From an uncultured archaeon (GTDB lineage Archaea; Thermoplasmatota; Penumbrarchaeia; JASLWR01), in contig CAYFHS010000002.1 in NCBI GenBank assembly GCA_964342815.1, forward strand, positions 184,790 through 248,789: a stretch of 64,000 bases of DNA. Reading direction: 5' to 3'. Position 1 is the first letter of the stretch. Each line of letters opens with the position of its first letter. The notes below the pieces were generated by a model. It was not told the DNA's origin. It worked only from the letters and a program-made list of their open reading frames with translations, and ran no database searches. Below, piece by piece: positions 38,326 through 47,700 of this stretch. Both the position numbers and the translations under genes were made by a program.

Positions 38326-39417
38326 TCATTCGTTATTATAGCTATAAACCAAATCTGAATCCGGCGACTCTACTCCACGGCTCCTGATGGTGATGGTATC
38401 CTCATTATTTATGGTACCTGCAACCTTGGCGGCGATACCGCTTGAAGCTGCCTTCTCCAATACCTTTTCGGGTTCATTGCTGATCAAAAGAATTCCCTGA
38501 CCCATGTTCCACGTGCGGTAAGCCTCCATATCGGATACGTTTCCCATTTCCTGAATGCTTCCCATGACGTCGGGACAGTCGAAAAGATCGGTTAACAGCG
38601 CTCCTTTTCCCGTCCTCCTCAGCAGGCGGGACAGCTTACCCGGAACCCCGCCTCCCGTCACGTGGACGATACCGTTGATATTCACCTTTGCTTTATCACC
38701 GTACCCGCCGATCATCTTTAATATCGCACTGCTGTATATTGTAGATGGATACATGATCCGGGACGTAAAAACCTCTCCCGCTTCCAGATGCCAATCCGGA
38801 CCGTACTGTTCTCTCATGATATTTCTTACAAGGCTCAAGCCGTTTGATCGAAAACCTTTCTCCTGCAGCGCCACTACTGCATCCCCGCTTTTGATATCCA
38901 TTCCGCTTATCAGTTTTTCTTTCTCCCGCACCCACAGAACGAAGGCTCCCCAGTTGTAGTTGAAAGGGCCGTAACCCCCTATCCTCCCTCCCAGCTCCGC
39001 CATTTCACCGTTGATAACAGCCACGTTTGCTGTCTTGGCGGCCTTAATCAGACCGCCGGCCAGCTGTTTTACTGATTTTATTCCGTCCTGTAAAGACGCC
39101 GCATCGAGGATATTTCCAACAAGAAGAGGCTCGGCACCGTCCCGAACCGCGTCGTCGCATACCATGGCAAGCAGATCGAAGGCCATGGTGGAGTGGTCGC
39201 CGAGACGCTCGGCGATCTCGATCTTGGTTCCAACTCCATCGGTGTTCATTCCCATAACTGTTCCCGCACTTAAGCCGCCAACCGAGATGTATCGGATACC
39301 GGAAAAATCATCATTTGGAACCATGATCTCGCCAAGCCTTCCCTCGCGGTTCTTCCACGTCTCCCTGCAGGCGCGGTACATTATTTTCGAGGCAGTATCG
39401 CCCAGATCAATATCCAC
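38326..39417 (-). CDS. purM: Phosphoribosylformylglycinamidine cyclo-ligase (AIR synthetase)
   Basis: TDGVGTK, DLLAMVCDD, NGEMAEL, GFRSNGLSLVR, HVTGGG and TWNMGQG motifs. Confidence 0.93.
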   Translation of the reverse strand: MDIDLGDTASKIMYRACRETWKNREGRLGEIMVPNDDFSGIRYISVGGLSAGTVMGMNTDGVGTKIEIAERLGDHSTMAFDLLAMVCDDAVRDGAEPLLVGNILDAASLQDGIKSVKQLAGGLIKAAKTANVAVINGEMAELGGRIGGYGPFNYNWGAFVLWVREKEKLISGMDIKSGDAVVALQEKGFRSNGLSLVRNIMREQYGPDWHLEAGEVFTSRIMYPSTIYSSAILKMIGGYGDKAKVNINGIVHVTGGGVPGKLSRLLRRTGKGALLTDLFDCPDVMGSIQEMGNVSDMEAYRTWNMGQGILLISNEPEKVLEKAASSGIAAKVAGTINNEDTITIRSRGVESPDSDLVYSYNNE

Positions 39418-39456
39418 CCCCGCATCCCGATAATTGCTGCCTTGATCTTTCGTAAT

Positions 39457-40899
39457 TCAGCACCTCCTCGAGCAGAGCCGGTCATTCTCTATCTCACTTA
39501 ACATTCCGTCCGAGACGGGCGTGGGATAATCTCCCGTGAAACAGCCCGTGCAGAAATTATTTCTAAACGATTTCGCATCGTTGACGGCCTCCACCATACC
39601 CTCCATCGGCAGATAGATCACCGCGTCCGCTCCTATGAATTTTTCAATTTCATCCATGTTACGGTTGCCGGCCAGGAATTCCCCTCTCGTGGACATGTCT
39701 ATACCGTAGACGCAGGGATGTTTGAGCGGAGGACTGCAGGACGCAAAAAATACCTTTTCGGCGCCGCTTTCCCGGGCTATCCTCACTATCTCCCGGCTGG
39801 TGTTTCCCCTGACGATGGAGTCATCCACCATGAGTACGTTTTTTCCGTTGAATTCCATTCTTATGGCGTTGAGCTTACGGCGGACGGACTTTTGCCTCTC
39901 ATTATCCGAAGGCATGATGAACGTTCTTCCTATGTATCGGTTCTTTACAAGCCCCTCTCTGTAGGGAATATCGCAAACTCTAGCGATGGCGATGGCGGCG
40001 GGACGCGCCGAATCCGGAACCGGAATAACCACGTCTATGTCAAGATCACTCAACGAGGGGAGGAGGGCCTTGCCAAGCCGTATCCTCGTCTCATACACGC
40101 TGATACCGTCAATGAATGAATCGGGACGCGCGAAATAGATATACTCGAATATACACGGATACGGCTCCCGCTCGATCAATCTCCTTTTATGCACATTTCC
40201 CTCTAGATCTATGAAAACGGCGCCGCCCGGGGGAATATCTTCTTTACTGCGGTAACCCAACATGTCAAGCGGAGCGCTCTCGGAAGCAACGGCGTAGCTT
40301 CCCGTTGGTTGATGTCTGCCCATTATAAGCGGTCTTATTCCGTAAGGATCACGAAAAGAAAGCAAACCTTTCCCTGCAATGATGGCCAATACGGAATATC
40401 CCCCGGCCACCCTTGTAAAAACATCCTTCACCGCGCCAAATATATTTTCCACGTCCGTGCCCCGTAGCTTCCCAAGAGCATCTGCGAAAACGTTGAGTAT
40501 CGCCTCGACGTCGCAGGTGGAATTCAGCCTGCGCTGGCCTTTCTCCATCAACTCATGCTTGAGCTCCGGGTAATTTGTAACCTGCCCGTTATGGGCCATC
40601 ACTATTCCGAACGGGTGGTTCACCATGAAAGGCTGGGCATCCTCGGGAGTTGAGTCCCCGTATGTGGGATAGCGCACATGCGCCAGCCCCACGTTTCCCT
40701 TCAATCTCGAAAGGTGCTTCTCATCGAATACATCCCTTACGAGTCCGTATCCCTTCTTCATCGAAAAGGAAATTCCGTCGAAGGTTGCCGCCCCAGCCGC
40801 ATCCTGCCCCCGATGCTGGATGGCAAGCATTCCTTCGTATAGATTTACGAAAACGTCGTCAACCCCGATTATTCCAATAATTCCGCACATAATCATCAC
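39457..40899 (-). CDS. purF: Amidophosphoribosyltransferase
   Basis: MCGIIG (Ntn Cys), QHRGQDAAG, HVRYPT, CIFEYIYFARPDS and VDDSIVRGNTS motifs. Confidence 0.98.
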   Translation of the reverse strand: MMIMCGIIGIIGVDDVFVNLYEGMLAIQHRGQDAAGAATFDGISFSMKKGYGLVRDVFDEKHLSRLKGNVGLAHVRYPTYGDSTPEDAQPFMVNHPFGIVMAHNGQVTNYPELKHELMEKGQRRLNSTCDVEAILNVFADALGKLRGTDVENIFGAVKDVFTRVAGGYSVLAIIAGKGLLSFRDPYGIRPLIMGRHQPTGSYAVASESAPLDMLGYRSKEDIPPGGAVFIDLEGNVHKRRLIEREPYPCIFEYIYFARPDSFIDGISVYETRIRLGKALLPSLSDLDIDVVIPVPDSARPAAIAIARVCDIPYREGLVKNRYIGRTFIMPSDNERQKSVRRKLNAIRMEFNGKNVLMVDDSIVRGNTSREIVRIARESGAEKVFFASCSPPLKHPCVYGIDMSTRGEFLAGNRNMDEIEKFIGADAVIYLPMEGMVEAVNDAKSFRNNFCTGCFTGDYPTPVSDGMLSEIENDRLCSRRC

Positions 40900-40905
40900 T
40901 TTTAT

Positions 40906-42237
40906 TTAATGCTTGAAACTTCTCTGGCCAGTAAATATCATGACAGCGTCGTGCTCGTTGCAGGCTACGACCGATTCATAATCCCTGTTCGATCCGCCGG
41001 GCTGTATCACAGCGCTGATTCCCTCATTAAGACCCACGTCGACTCCATCCCGGAACGGGAAAAATGCGTCGGAGACCATTACGGCTCCCTTGAGGCTGCC
41101 ATGCTGCTGGGCAACTTCGTCGTTTATGATCTCCAGCATTGCTCTCGTACGCCCTTTTTCGGGCTCATCCGTTGCTTTTCGGTTCTCCTGCAGCAGAATA
41201 TTGTAGGCCATTCCATATCTCTCGAAACAAATTCTATCCTTTAGCTTGGTGTATGCCTTGTCACGGGCTATGGCGGCTACGCCAACCCGGTCCTGCTCGC
41301 CGGTCCCGATACCCACGGTAGCTTCATTCTTTACATAAATGACCGAATTTGAGGTAATTCCGGATTCCACGAGCCAGCCGAACAGCATGTCCCGGTATTC
41401 TTCCCCTGTTGGCCGCCTTCCCATGGAGACACTTTTCCCAGTTTCCGTAAGTTTCCCATCCTTTATCATACGCTCGGGAATATCATGTGGCACGACCCCC
41501 GTGCTCTTCAGGTCGTCAACCGATCGTATTCTCGGCAGGAAAGACGTCTGGACTATGACGCCTCCGTCGCAGAGGGATTTGATCTCAGGAAAAACTGCTC
41601 TCTGCCACTCGTGAAGCCTCTCGATATTCGTGATTCTCAATATCCGCAGGTCCTTTTTTCTCCGTAATATACTAAGTGCGCCGCTCTGGTACGCAGGAGC
41701 AACCACCACCTCGGAGTAATTTTTCACGATCAGTTCAGCGGTGGCCTTGTCGCAGGGTCGGTTAAGAGCTATGGCACCTCCGAACGCCGCCACCCGATCG
41801 GCCATGTTCGCTTCGTAATAGGCTCCTGCAAGTGTTGGTCGTGTTGCCACGCCGCAGGGGTTGTTATGTTTCATGATGACCACAGTTGGTTTGTTCGGGA
41901 AATATTTCAATATGTTCAGAGCGCCGTCGACGTCAGTCAGGTTGATCTTTCCGGGATGTTTTCCGGACTGCAAAAGCTCCATGTCGCAGACCAGGCCCAT
42001 ATTGGGTTTGATGAACTCAACTCCGCCAAGGATCAAATTGCCATCCACCGGCCTGTACAATGCCGAAGGCTGTCCGGGATTCTCCCCGTAACGCAGCCCC
42101 TTCTCTTTTCCATCGATATCCCACAGAACCTTTTGATAATGAATGGTCATATCACCAAAGGTGATTTCCATCGTTGCCGGAAAAATATCGTTTTCCATTG
42201 CCCTGTACATTCTTCTCATATCCACCATTTCAATCAC
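40906..42237 (-). CDS. purH: AICAR transformylase (PurH family) lacking the N-terminal MGS-like IMP-cyclohydrolase domain
   Basis: LRYGENPGQ, KHNNPCG, AFGG, SNSV, GIGTGEQDRV, SDAFFPFRDG, IQPGGS and TGQRSFKH motifs; no IMPCH (GGRVKTLHP-type) motif. Confidence 0.9.
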   Translation of the reverse strand: MIEMVDMRRMYRAMENDIFPATMEITFGDMTIHYQKVLWDIDGKEKGLRYGENPGQPSALYRPVDGNLILGGVEFIKPNMGLVCDMELLQSGKHPGKINLTDVDGALNILKYFPNKPTVVIMKHNNPCGVATRPTLAGAYYEANMADRVAAFGGAIALNRPCDKATAELIVKNYSEVVVAPAYQSGALSILRRKKDLRILRITNIERLHEWQRAVFPEIKSLCDGGVIVQTSFLPRIRSVDDLKSTGVVPHDIPERMIKDGKLTETGKSVSMGRRPTGEEYRDMLFGWLVESGITSNSVIYVKNEATVGIGTGEQDRVGVAAIARDKAYTKLKDRICFERYGMAYNILLQENRKATDEPEKGRTRAMLEIINDEVAQQHGSLKGAVMVSDAFFPFRDGVDVGLNEGISAVIQPGGSNRDYESVVACNEHDAVMIFTGQRSFKH

Positions 42238-43265
42238 CTACCTCCGCAGGAATCCTCTTCGGTAATCCCCACCGTTTGGTGGGGTGGAGAAGAGGAAGCA
42301 GATTCCTGCGTTTTCGAGGATGAAACCCACAGATCATCTGTGGGTGATTCATCGCACCTGTTTATGATATAATGATCTATTTTTCCCTCATTTAGGAAAT
42401 ACCGACCATGCCCACTTTGTTCCGCAGAATCAGAGATACTGCTGCACCTTCGATTTCCCTTGGAAATCTGCTGGTCCAGTCGATTTTTTTCGTCAATCGC
42501 GAGAACAGTACCCCCCTCTTTTTTTGGGCTGCTTTTTCCAAAAAAGTAGTTTTGGGCCGCTTTTTTTTCTAAAAAAAGTGGTTTTTCACCATCAATGAAA
42601 AACGCAGCGAGAGACACCCTGAAATCATTTCCATCAACCGGAGCAAGAGCTTTGTAGACGCCAAGGGCGGCATCTCGGACATTTTTGAAGGGAAGTTCAC
42701 AAATCGGCGGTTCGCCTTCGAACGACGGGAGCGGATTTACATTATCTCCCGAATAGGTGGCGATCATTCGCCCGAAACCCGGGCGCATGGAAAATTCGAA
42801 ATTGTATTTTTCTCTGTAATCCTCCCCGCCCCGTTTTAAAATACCCAGGGCAAATTTGTTGGACTGAGGAGTAATAAAACCGCTTATTCTCGGTGTATAA
42901 TGGGGCGGGTCCGGCTCATAGCTCCACTGATCCAAACCTTTATCCAGCACTTCAAGCGGGCCCATTCCATCTTCGTATTTCTCCATGAGGGAAAGCGTAT
43001 GTTTTCCGTTAGAGACACCGATACCTCTTTTTATCGAAACTGCCGGGTAAATAAGAAGATCGGGATCACCTTTTCTCAATTCCTCTTCATCAGTGGGTTT
43101 CACCAGTAATTCGTTGTCACTGAATTCGAACTTTCTTGCCTGGCTCGCAGGAGATCGGCCCGTTATCGCATATATGACGACGGTGCGCGTATCCGATGCG
43201 TTCCTACCAACAATAATAATTCGGCCAGGGTATGTCATTTTTTCAATTTCTCTTAAGCTCGTCAT
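42234..43265 (-). CDS. IMP cyclohydrolase-like protein (PurO-like Ntn fold) carrying in-frame insertions near its 3' end
   Basis: YPGRIIIVG, ITGRSPASQAR, LLIYPAV, SNGKHT, YEPDPPHYTPRISG and NPLPSFEGEP motifs. The expected terminal VSL..F.D...G......IN(K/R) is split by ~64 extra residues and followed by ~36 more. Confidence 0.85.
   Translation of the reverse strand: MTSLREIEKMTYPGRIIIVGRNASDTRTVVIYAITGRSPASQARKFEFSDNELLVKPTDEEELRKGDPDLLIYPAVSIKRGIGVSNGKHTLSLMEKYEDGMGPLEVLDKGLDQWSYEPDPPHYTPRISGFITPQSNKFALGILKRGGEDYREKYNFEFSMRPGFGRMIATYSGDNVNPLPSFEGEPPICELPFKNVRDAALGVYKALAPVDGNDFRVSLAAFFIDGEKPLFLEKKAAQNYFFGKSSPKKEGGTVLAIDEKNRLDQQISKGNRRCSSISDSAEQSGHGRYFLNEGKIDHYIINRCDESPTDDLWVSSSKTQESASSSPPHQTVGITEEDSCGGR
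42245..42585. repeat. Cluster of at least five inverted repeats embedded in frame in the IMP-cyclohydrolase-like gene
   Basis: Hairpins at 42245-42310, 42319-42353 and 42452-42468, plus a tandem pair TTTTGGG-[stem-T5/8-loop-A6/7-stem] at 42522-42582. Confidence 0.8.
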
Positions 43266-44059
43266 ATCACCTCACTGAATTCGATGCCTTCGGGAATTAA
43301 ATTTCCGTCCAGATATATCCGGTCCTCCTCATCCCGGGTATATCTTCCTTCTGAGATCAATTCAATGGTTTTCGGAAAAATCTTCCAGTCACCTTCTTCT
43401 TTCAATCTTTCCTGAGTTTCCAACGCAACACTTTCAAACATTCCTAGCTCGTCACTGCCAACCAACAGATCTCTACCAATACCATCCGGCAGCACGGGCG
43501 CAACAGCATCGGACACCATGAGAATGGCGCCTCCATCCGGGATCTCCGTGACCAGATGAACAGTGCTGTGAACATATTTCTCACCGCTCAACAGGGCATT
43601 CATTACAGGTACATGTCCGATCCCGCCTGCGTATTTCCGCCCGCCGCTCCCATCCAGCGGCCGGAGGTCCGCCGGATGAACGTTCAAGGTCAGAAAATTC
43701 TTATGAATTTCCTCTGTTACGAACCAATTATAACCAGCCAGAGCAACAAGATCAATCTCATTATTACGGAATCCATCGGCAGCGAATCCATCAAACAGCA
43801 TTCGGGCGTCCTTCCCCTTTTTTCCACATTCCCGAAAGAATCTTTTTCGGTCGTTCACCATTGCGGGCAAGTCGTACTTTTTTCCAATTTTCTCGGTATT
43901 GCTCTCGGGATTTTCACTGAACAGCATACGCACTTCAAAGGATGGGATAGGGGCGGCTCTCGCATATTCTATTATCTTCACCGCATTGGTCCCGGAGCCG
44001 GACATCATTATTGCGACCCTCATAAGTCTTTCCCTTGGAGCGAACAGGGGGACATTCAT
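43262..44059 (-). CDS. purN: Phosphoribosylglycinamide formyltransferase (folate-dependent), divergent
   Basis: VAIMMSGSGTNA, DLVALAGY, LNVHPA (catalytic N/H) and STVHLVTEIPDGGAIL (catalytic D). Confidence 0.88.
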   Translation of the reverse strand: MNVPLFAPRERLMRVAIMMSGSGTNAVKIIEYARAAPIPSFEVRMLFSENPESNTEKIGKKYDLPAMVNDRKRFFRECGKKGKDARMLFDGFAADGFRNNEIDLVALAGYNWFVTEEIHKNFLTLNVHPADLRPLDGSGGRKYAGGIGHVPVMNALLSGEKYVHSTVHLVTEIPDGGAILMVSDAVAPVLPDGIGRDLLVGSDELGMFESVALETQERLKEEGDWKIFPKTIELISEGRYTRDEEDRIYLDGNLIPEGIEFSEVI

Positions 44060-44072
44060 TATTACACCGGTT

Positions 44073-45443
44073 CTATTGAAATCCGCCTATGGTTTTTCGG
44101 TATCTCATACAGTTATTATCGTTATTGCGGTGATCCAGGAACGCCAACTTTCCAATATTTCTATAAGCTTTTTCCACGGCTTCCTCAAATACCGTACTGC
44201 TGCCAACAACGTGAAGTACACGCCCGCCCTTGGTAACAAGCCCTCTTTCAGGGTGCTCGTCCACACCGGAATAGAATACTGCGATCCCCCGCTCGATATT
44301 ATCCAATCCTTCGATCTTGTAACCCTCTCCGTACCTTCCCGGATATGGTTTGAACCATCCTCCGCTGGGGGACCTTGCCTTTCCGGCCATTGCAATTACG
44401 TCGACATAGAAATTCTTGTTCCATTTTTGTTTTACCCTATCGAGATTCCCTTCCCAGGTCGCCATGGCTATCTCGAAAAGGTCGGTCTGGAGTTTTCGGA
44501 GGATCACCTGGGCTTCCGGGTCGCCGTGCCGGACATTAATCTCGAAAACGCAGAGACCGCCGTGCTCATCAATGTTAAGCCCGAAATAGAGTACTCCCTT
44601 GTAATTCCACCCCAGTTTATTGTAAACCGCATTTACCGTGGGACTAACGATCTCTCTTATTATCCTGTTGGACAATCCCGGGGTAGCCAGATCATGGGGG
44701 CAGCAGCACCCGGTACCTCCCGTGTTCAAGTTTCCACCCAAGATCCTAATTGTGTCCGTATCAGTGGGGTCGCAGGCAGGTTTGTAATCCCGTGCGAACA
44801 TTCGTAACGGTAAAAAATGCTCGCCGTCCAGATAAGCAAAGAAAGATATCTCATTCCCGTATTTTCGTTCCTCAATGACGCAGATATCTCCGGATTTTCC
44901 GAATTTTTTCTTCACTATTAAAGTATCTACAGCGGCTTCGGCATCACTGACGTCATCGCATACGATGGCGCCCTTGCCTGCAGCCAGCCCATTCGCCTTG
45001 ACAACGACCTGATATCCTACATTACGGACATATCTTTTGGCGGCTTCAGCATCATGGAAAGCCCTGTATTCGGCCATGGGAACACCGGCAGCCGCCAGCA
45101 AGGTCTTGGTAAATACCCTGTCGTTTTCTATCTGAACATATTTTGCCCTCGGTCCCACAGTGGGCAGACCCGCCCTGTTCAGAACATCTACGAGCCCTTC
45201 GTCAAGTGGATTCTCACTGCCCACATCCACAAGCCCCACACCGTTCTCCAGGCAGAATTCCCTGACCGCCTTGAAATCCCTTATTGGAACCTGCTCTATA
45301 TATCCTCGCTGACCCTTGGTGGTATATTTCACACCCGGATTGCCTGGAGCGAAATATACCTTCTCCACATGTTTGCTCTCGATATATTTGTCGCAAAGAC
45401 AATGATCGCGTCCTCCGGAACCGTAAACCAGTACCTTTTCCAT
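44073..45443 (-). CDS. purD: Phosphoribosylamine--glycine ligase
   Basis: VLVYGSGGRDH, APGNPG, VKANGLAAGKG, NTGGTG, GVLYFGL, EINVRHGDPEAQ and TKGGRVL motifs. Confidence 0.96.
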   Translation of the reverse strand: MEKVLVYGSGGRDHCLCDKYIESKHVEKVYFAPGNPGVKYTTKGQRGYIEQVPIRDFKAVREFCLENGVGLVDVGSENPLDEGLVDVLNRAGLPTVGPRAKYVQIENDRVFTKTLLAAAGVPMAEYRAFHDAEAAKRYVRNVGYQVVVKANGLAAGKGAIVCDDVSDAEAAVDTLIVKKKFGKSGDICVIEERKYGNEISFFAYLDGEHFLPLRMFARDYKPACDPTDTDTIRILGGNLNTGGTGCCCPHDLATPGLSNRIIREIVSPTVNAVYNKLGWNYKGVLYFGLNIDEHGGLCVFEINVRHGDPEAQVILRKLQTDLFEIAMATWEGNLDRVKQKWNKNFYVDVIAMAGKARSPSGGWFKPYPGRYGEGYKIEGLDNIERGIAVFYSGVDEHPERGLVTKGGRVLHVVGSSTVFEEAVEKAYRNIGKLAFLDHRNNDNNCMRYRKTIGGFQ

Positions 45444-45444
45444 T

Positions 45445-46878
45445 TCAACTACCCCCTATATCAAGAATTCTTTTGGCGAACAATACGGCATTCCCCGGAT
45501 CGATGATCACAGCTAATGGCAATTTTGAGGGCATTCTGAGGCTTGAATGAACGTCGGCCATGTAAGCTTCATTATCACTGTAAGGATTGCATGATATCAC
45601 CGGGAAACGAGAATTACCAGCCACCACCGGACCAAGACCGTTGCTTCTACCGGCGGATGTTATTATGACCACCGGCTCAATGCTGTTGTCAAGTTTACGA
45701 ATATATTCCAATACTTTGTGGGTCTCCTTGTGTGCCGAGGCATAGAAGGGACCGACATACGGGATCTTGTTATCTTCCAATGACTTCGCGAATCTCTCAC
45801 AAAAACGCTGGTCCCGGGGGCTTGCAGCCATGAGCTGGACGCAGCCGCCGTATATGTACCCGCCGGCTCGAAGATTTTCCATGATCCTCTTTTTGGGGTT
45901 CTTTGCCAGGCTGAAATCGAATTTCCTGCCCACGAACCTCTCGTATAGTCGTATATATTTGAGTGAGGTCTCGATAACCTGGCGGTCATTCAGATCCGGC
46001 AGTTCATTTACCTTACCCCCACCTTTCTCAAGCAGGGCATCTCTAACAAACTGTTTGCTGAGCTCCTCGATCTTCAATTCACTCTCTTCTCTCAATAGAT
46101 GGGTGACACTTTCAAAGTTACCTGTTTTCATTTTGGCCCGGATCGCTGAGAATTTCCGTTTCCATTCTTCCCTCTCACAGAATCTGGAAGAGTCGGGAGT
46201 GTTCACCTCGTCTATCAGGTGCAGTTCTCCTACTTCATCGACGCCGAACTCGTATTTCGTATCTATCAGGATAAGCCCAAGCTCTTCAGCCTCTTTTGAG
46301 AACCGATTGAAGAGGGAAATCGATTTTTCCATTACTCTGCGGGCCATATCCTCTCCAAGCAACCGCACGGTGTCTTCGAAGCTAATGGGCAGATCATGAC
46401 CTTCTTCCGCCTTGGTGGTGGGTGTGTACATGGCTTCTTCCAGTGACTGGTATCTGATAAGATCCTCCCCGAGCTTAATTCCGCAGAATTCTCTTTCGCC
46501 CTTCTCGAAGGAATCGGCCATGCTTCCCCAGAGATATTTTCTTACTACGCACTCCACCCCTATGTTCTTCATTTTTTTCTGAACCATTATGTTCGCATCG
46601 GGTACGTCTATCACAGCAGTAGGGATAATATTGCGGGCTATCTTCATGTTATGCTCGCTTATTCCCGTTAGTACGGCTCCCTTGAAAGGTATGCATCTGG
46701 ACAGAATGAAATCGAAAGCTGAAATACGGTCAGTGGTCACAAGAACTGCCCTGTCCTCTTGAAAATAAATATCCCGTACCTTTCCCTTCTTTAGTTCCCC
46801 AAGTTCAGGGAGAAAGGCCGACTCTAGCACGTTTTCGAGATTCTCTTCTATCATCGTCTCATATTCAGTCCTTGTCAT
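45445..46878 (-). CDS. purC-purE: Fused SAICAR synthetase (PurC) + class II-type AIR carboxylase (PurE), PAICS-like architecture
   Basis: N-domain GKVRDIY, TDRISAFD, IPFKG, PTTKA, DTKYEFG, DEVNTPDSSRF and SKQFVRD; C-domain SAH and SAGRSNGLGPVVAGNSRFPVISC...DVHSSLRMPS. Confidence 0.92.
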   Translation of the reverse strand: MTRTEYETMIEENLENVLESAFLPELGELKKGKVRDIYFQEDRAVLVTTDRISAFDFILSRCIPFKGAVLTGISEHNMKIARNIIPTAVIDVPDANIMVQKKMKNIGVECVVRKYLWGSMADSFEKGEREFCGIKLGEDLIRYQSLEEAMYTPTTKAEEGHDLPISFEDTVRLLGEDMARRVMEKSISLFNRFSKEAEELGLILIDTKYEFGVDEVGELHLIDEVNTPDSSRFCEREEWKRKFSAIRAKMKTGNFESVTHLLREESELKIEELSKQFVRDALLEKGGGKVNELPDLNDRQVIETSLKYIRLYERFVGRKFDFSLAKNPKKRIMENLRAGGYIYGGCVQLMAASPRDQRFCERFAKSLEDNKIPYVGPFYASAHKETHKVLEYIRKLDNSIEPVVIITSAGRSNGLGPVVAGNSRFPVISCNPYSDNEAYMADVHSSLRMPSKLPLAVIIDPGNAVLFAKRILDIGGS

Positions 46879-47700
46879 CTATATCACCAGATTTTTTCTT
46901 GCATATTTTACAGCATTCCGAAAGATACCAACACCCATACCTTCCTCGGGCAATTTTTCCCGCTTTCTTTCATCTCTCAAGCGGGTCCAGAGCGGATGAT
47001 TCGTATAATGCAGATAACCCTCCGGATGAGGCATTAATCCGAAAATACGTCCAGAGGGATCGCACAGAGCAGCTATATCGTTGGGAGAGCCGTTGGGGTT
47101 GAAGGGATATTTCCCTTCCGCATTCGCGAGGTTCGGTCCTGCATATCGGGCAGCTACCAGATTCGTGTCTTCAAGCTCTCTTAAAGTTTCTTTCCCCGTG
47201 AAGAACATCCCTTCTCCATGACGGACCGGAAGCTCAATATGGTCGATCCCTCGGGTCCAGATGCACGGCGAAGCGTGGTTGATGTTCAAAGAAACCCACC
47301 TATCTTCGAATCGGCCGCGGGAATTGCGCATAAGAGTCACGCTTTGACTCGAATAATCCCCTTGGAGGCCGGGCAGCAAGCCAGATTTTACAAGCACCTG
47401 GAAACCGTTGCATATACCTATGATCAGCTTGCCATCCTTGACGAATTTTTGTACCTCGGCGTTCAGTTTAGTCCTTAATTTTAGTGCAAGCGCTTTTCCG
47501 GCTCCTAGAAAATCACCGTGGGCGAAACCGCCGGGAATTGACAATATATGATAATCGTCGAGACACTTTGTCCTGTCGATAAGCTCGTTTATATGCACCC
47601 TACGGGCGAGCGCTCCGGCAAGTTTGAAGGCGTACTCGGTTTCCAGCTCGCAGTTGATGCCAAAACCGGTCATAATAAGCGCTTTAGGCTTCATTTTCAA
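46879..47700 (-). CDS. purQ: FGAM synthase glutaminase subunit
   Basis: GFGINCELET, PGGFAHGD, GICNGFQVL, HGEG and GLMPHPE motifs. Confidence 0.97.
   Translation of the reverse strand: MKMKPKALIMTGFGINCELETEYAFKLAGALARRVHINELIDRTKCLDDYHILSIPGGFAHGDFLGAGKALALKLRTKLNAEVQKFVKDGKLIIGICNGFQVLVKSGLLPGLQGDYSSQSVTLMRNSRGRFEDRWVSLNINHASPCIWTRGIDHIELPVRHGEGMFFTGKETLRELEDTNLVAARYAGPNLANAEGKYPFNPNGSPNDIAALCDPSGRIFGLMPHPEGYLHYTNHPLWTRLRDERKREKLPEEGMGVGIFRNAVKYARKNLVI

Noticed and set aside
42245-42585. Bulge-helix-bulge (EndA-spliced) introns explaining the in-frame insertions
   Set aside because: The insert ends do not pair with each other across the exon junctions as a BHB requires; the hairpins are side by side and partly favour the antisense strand.
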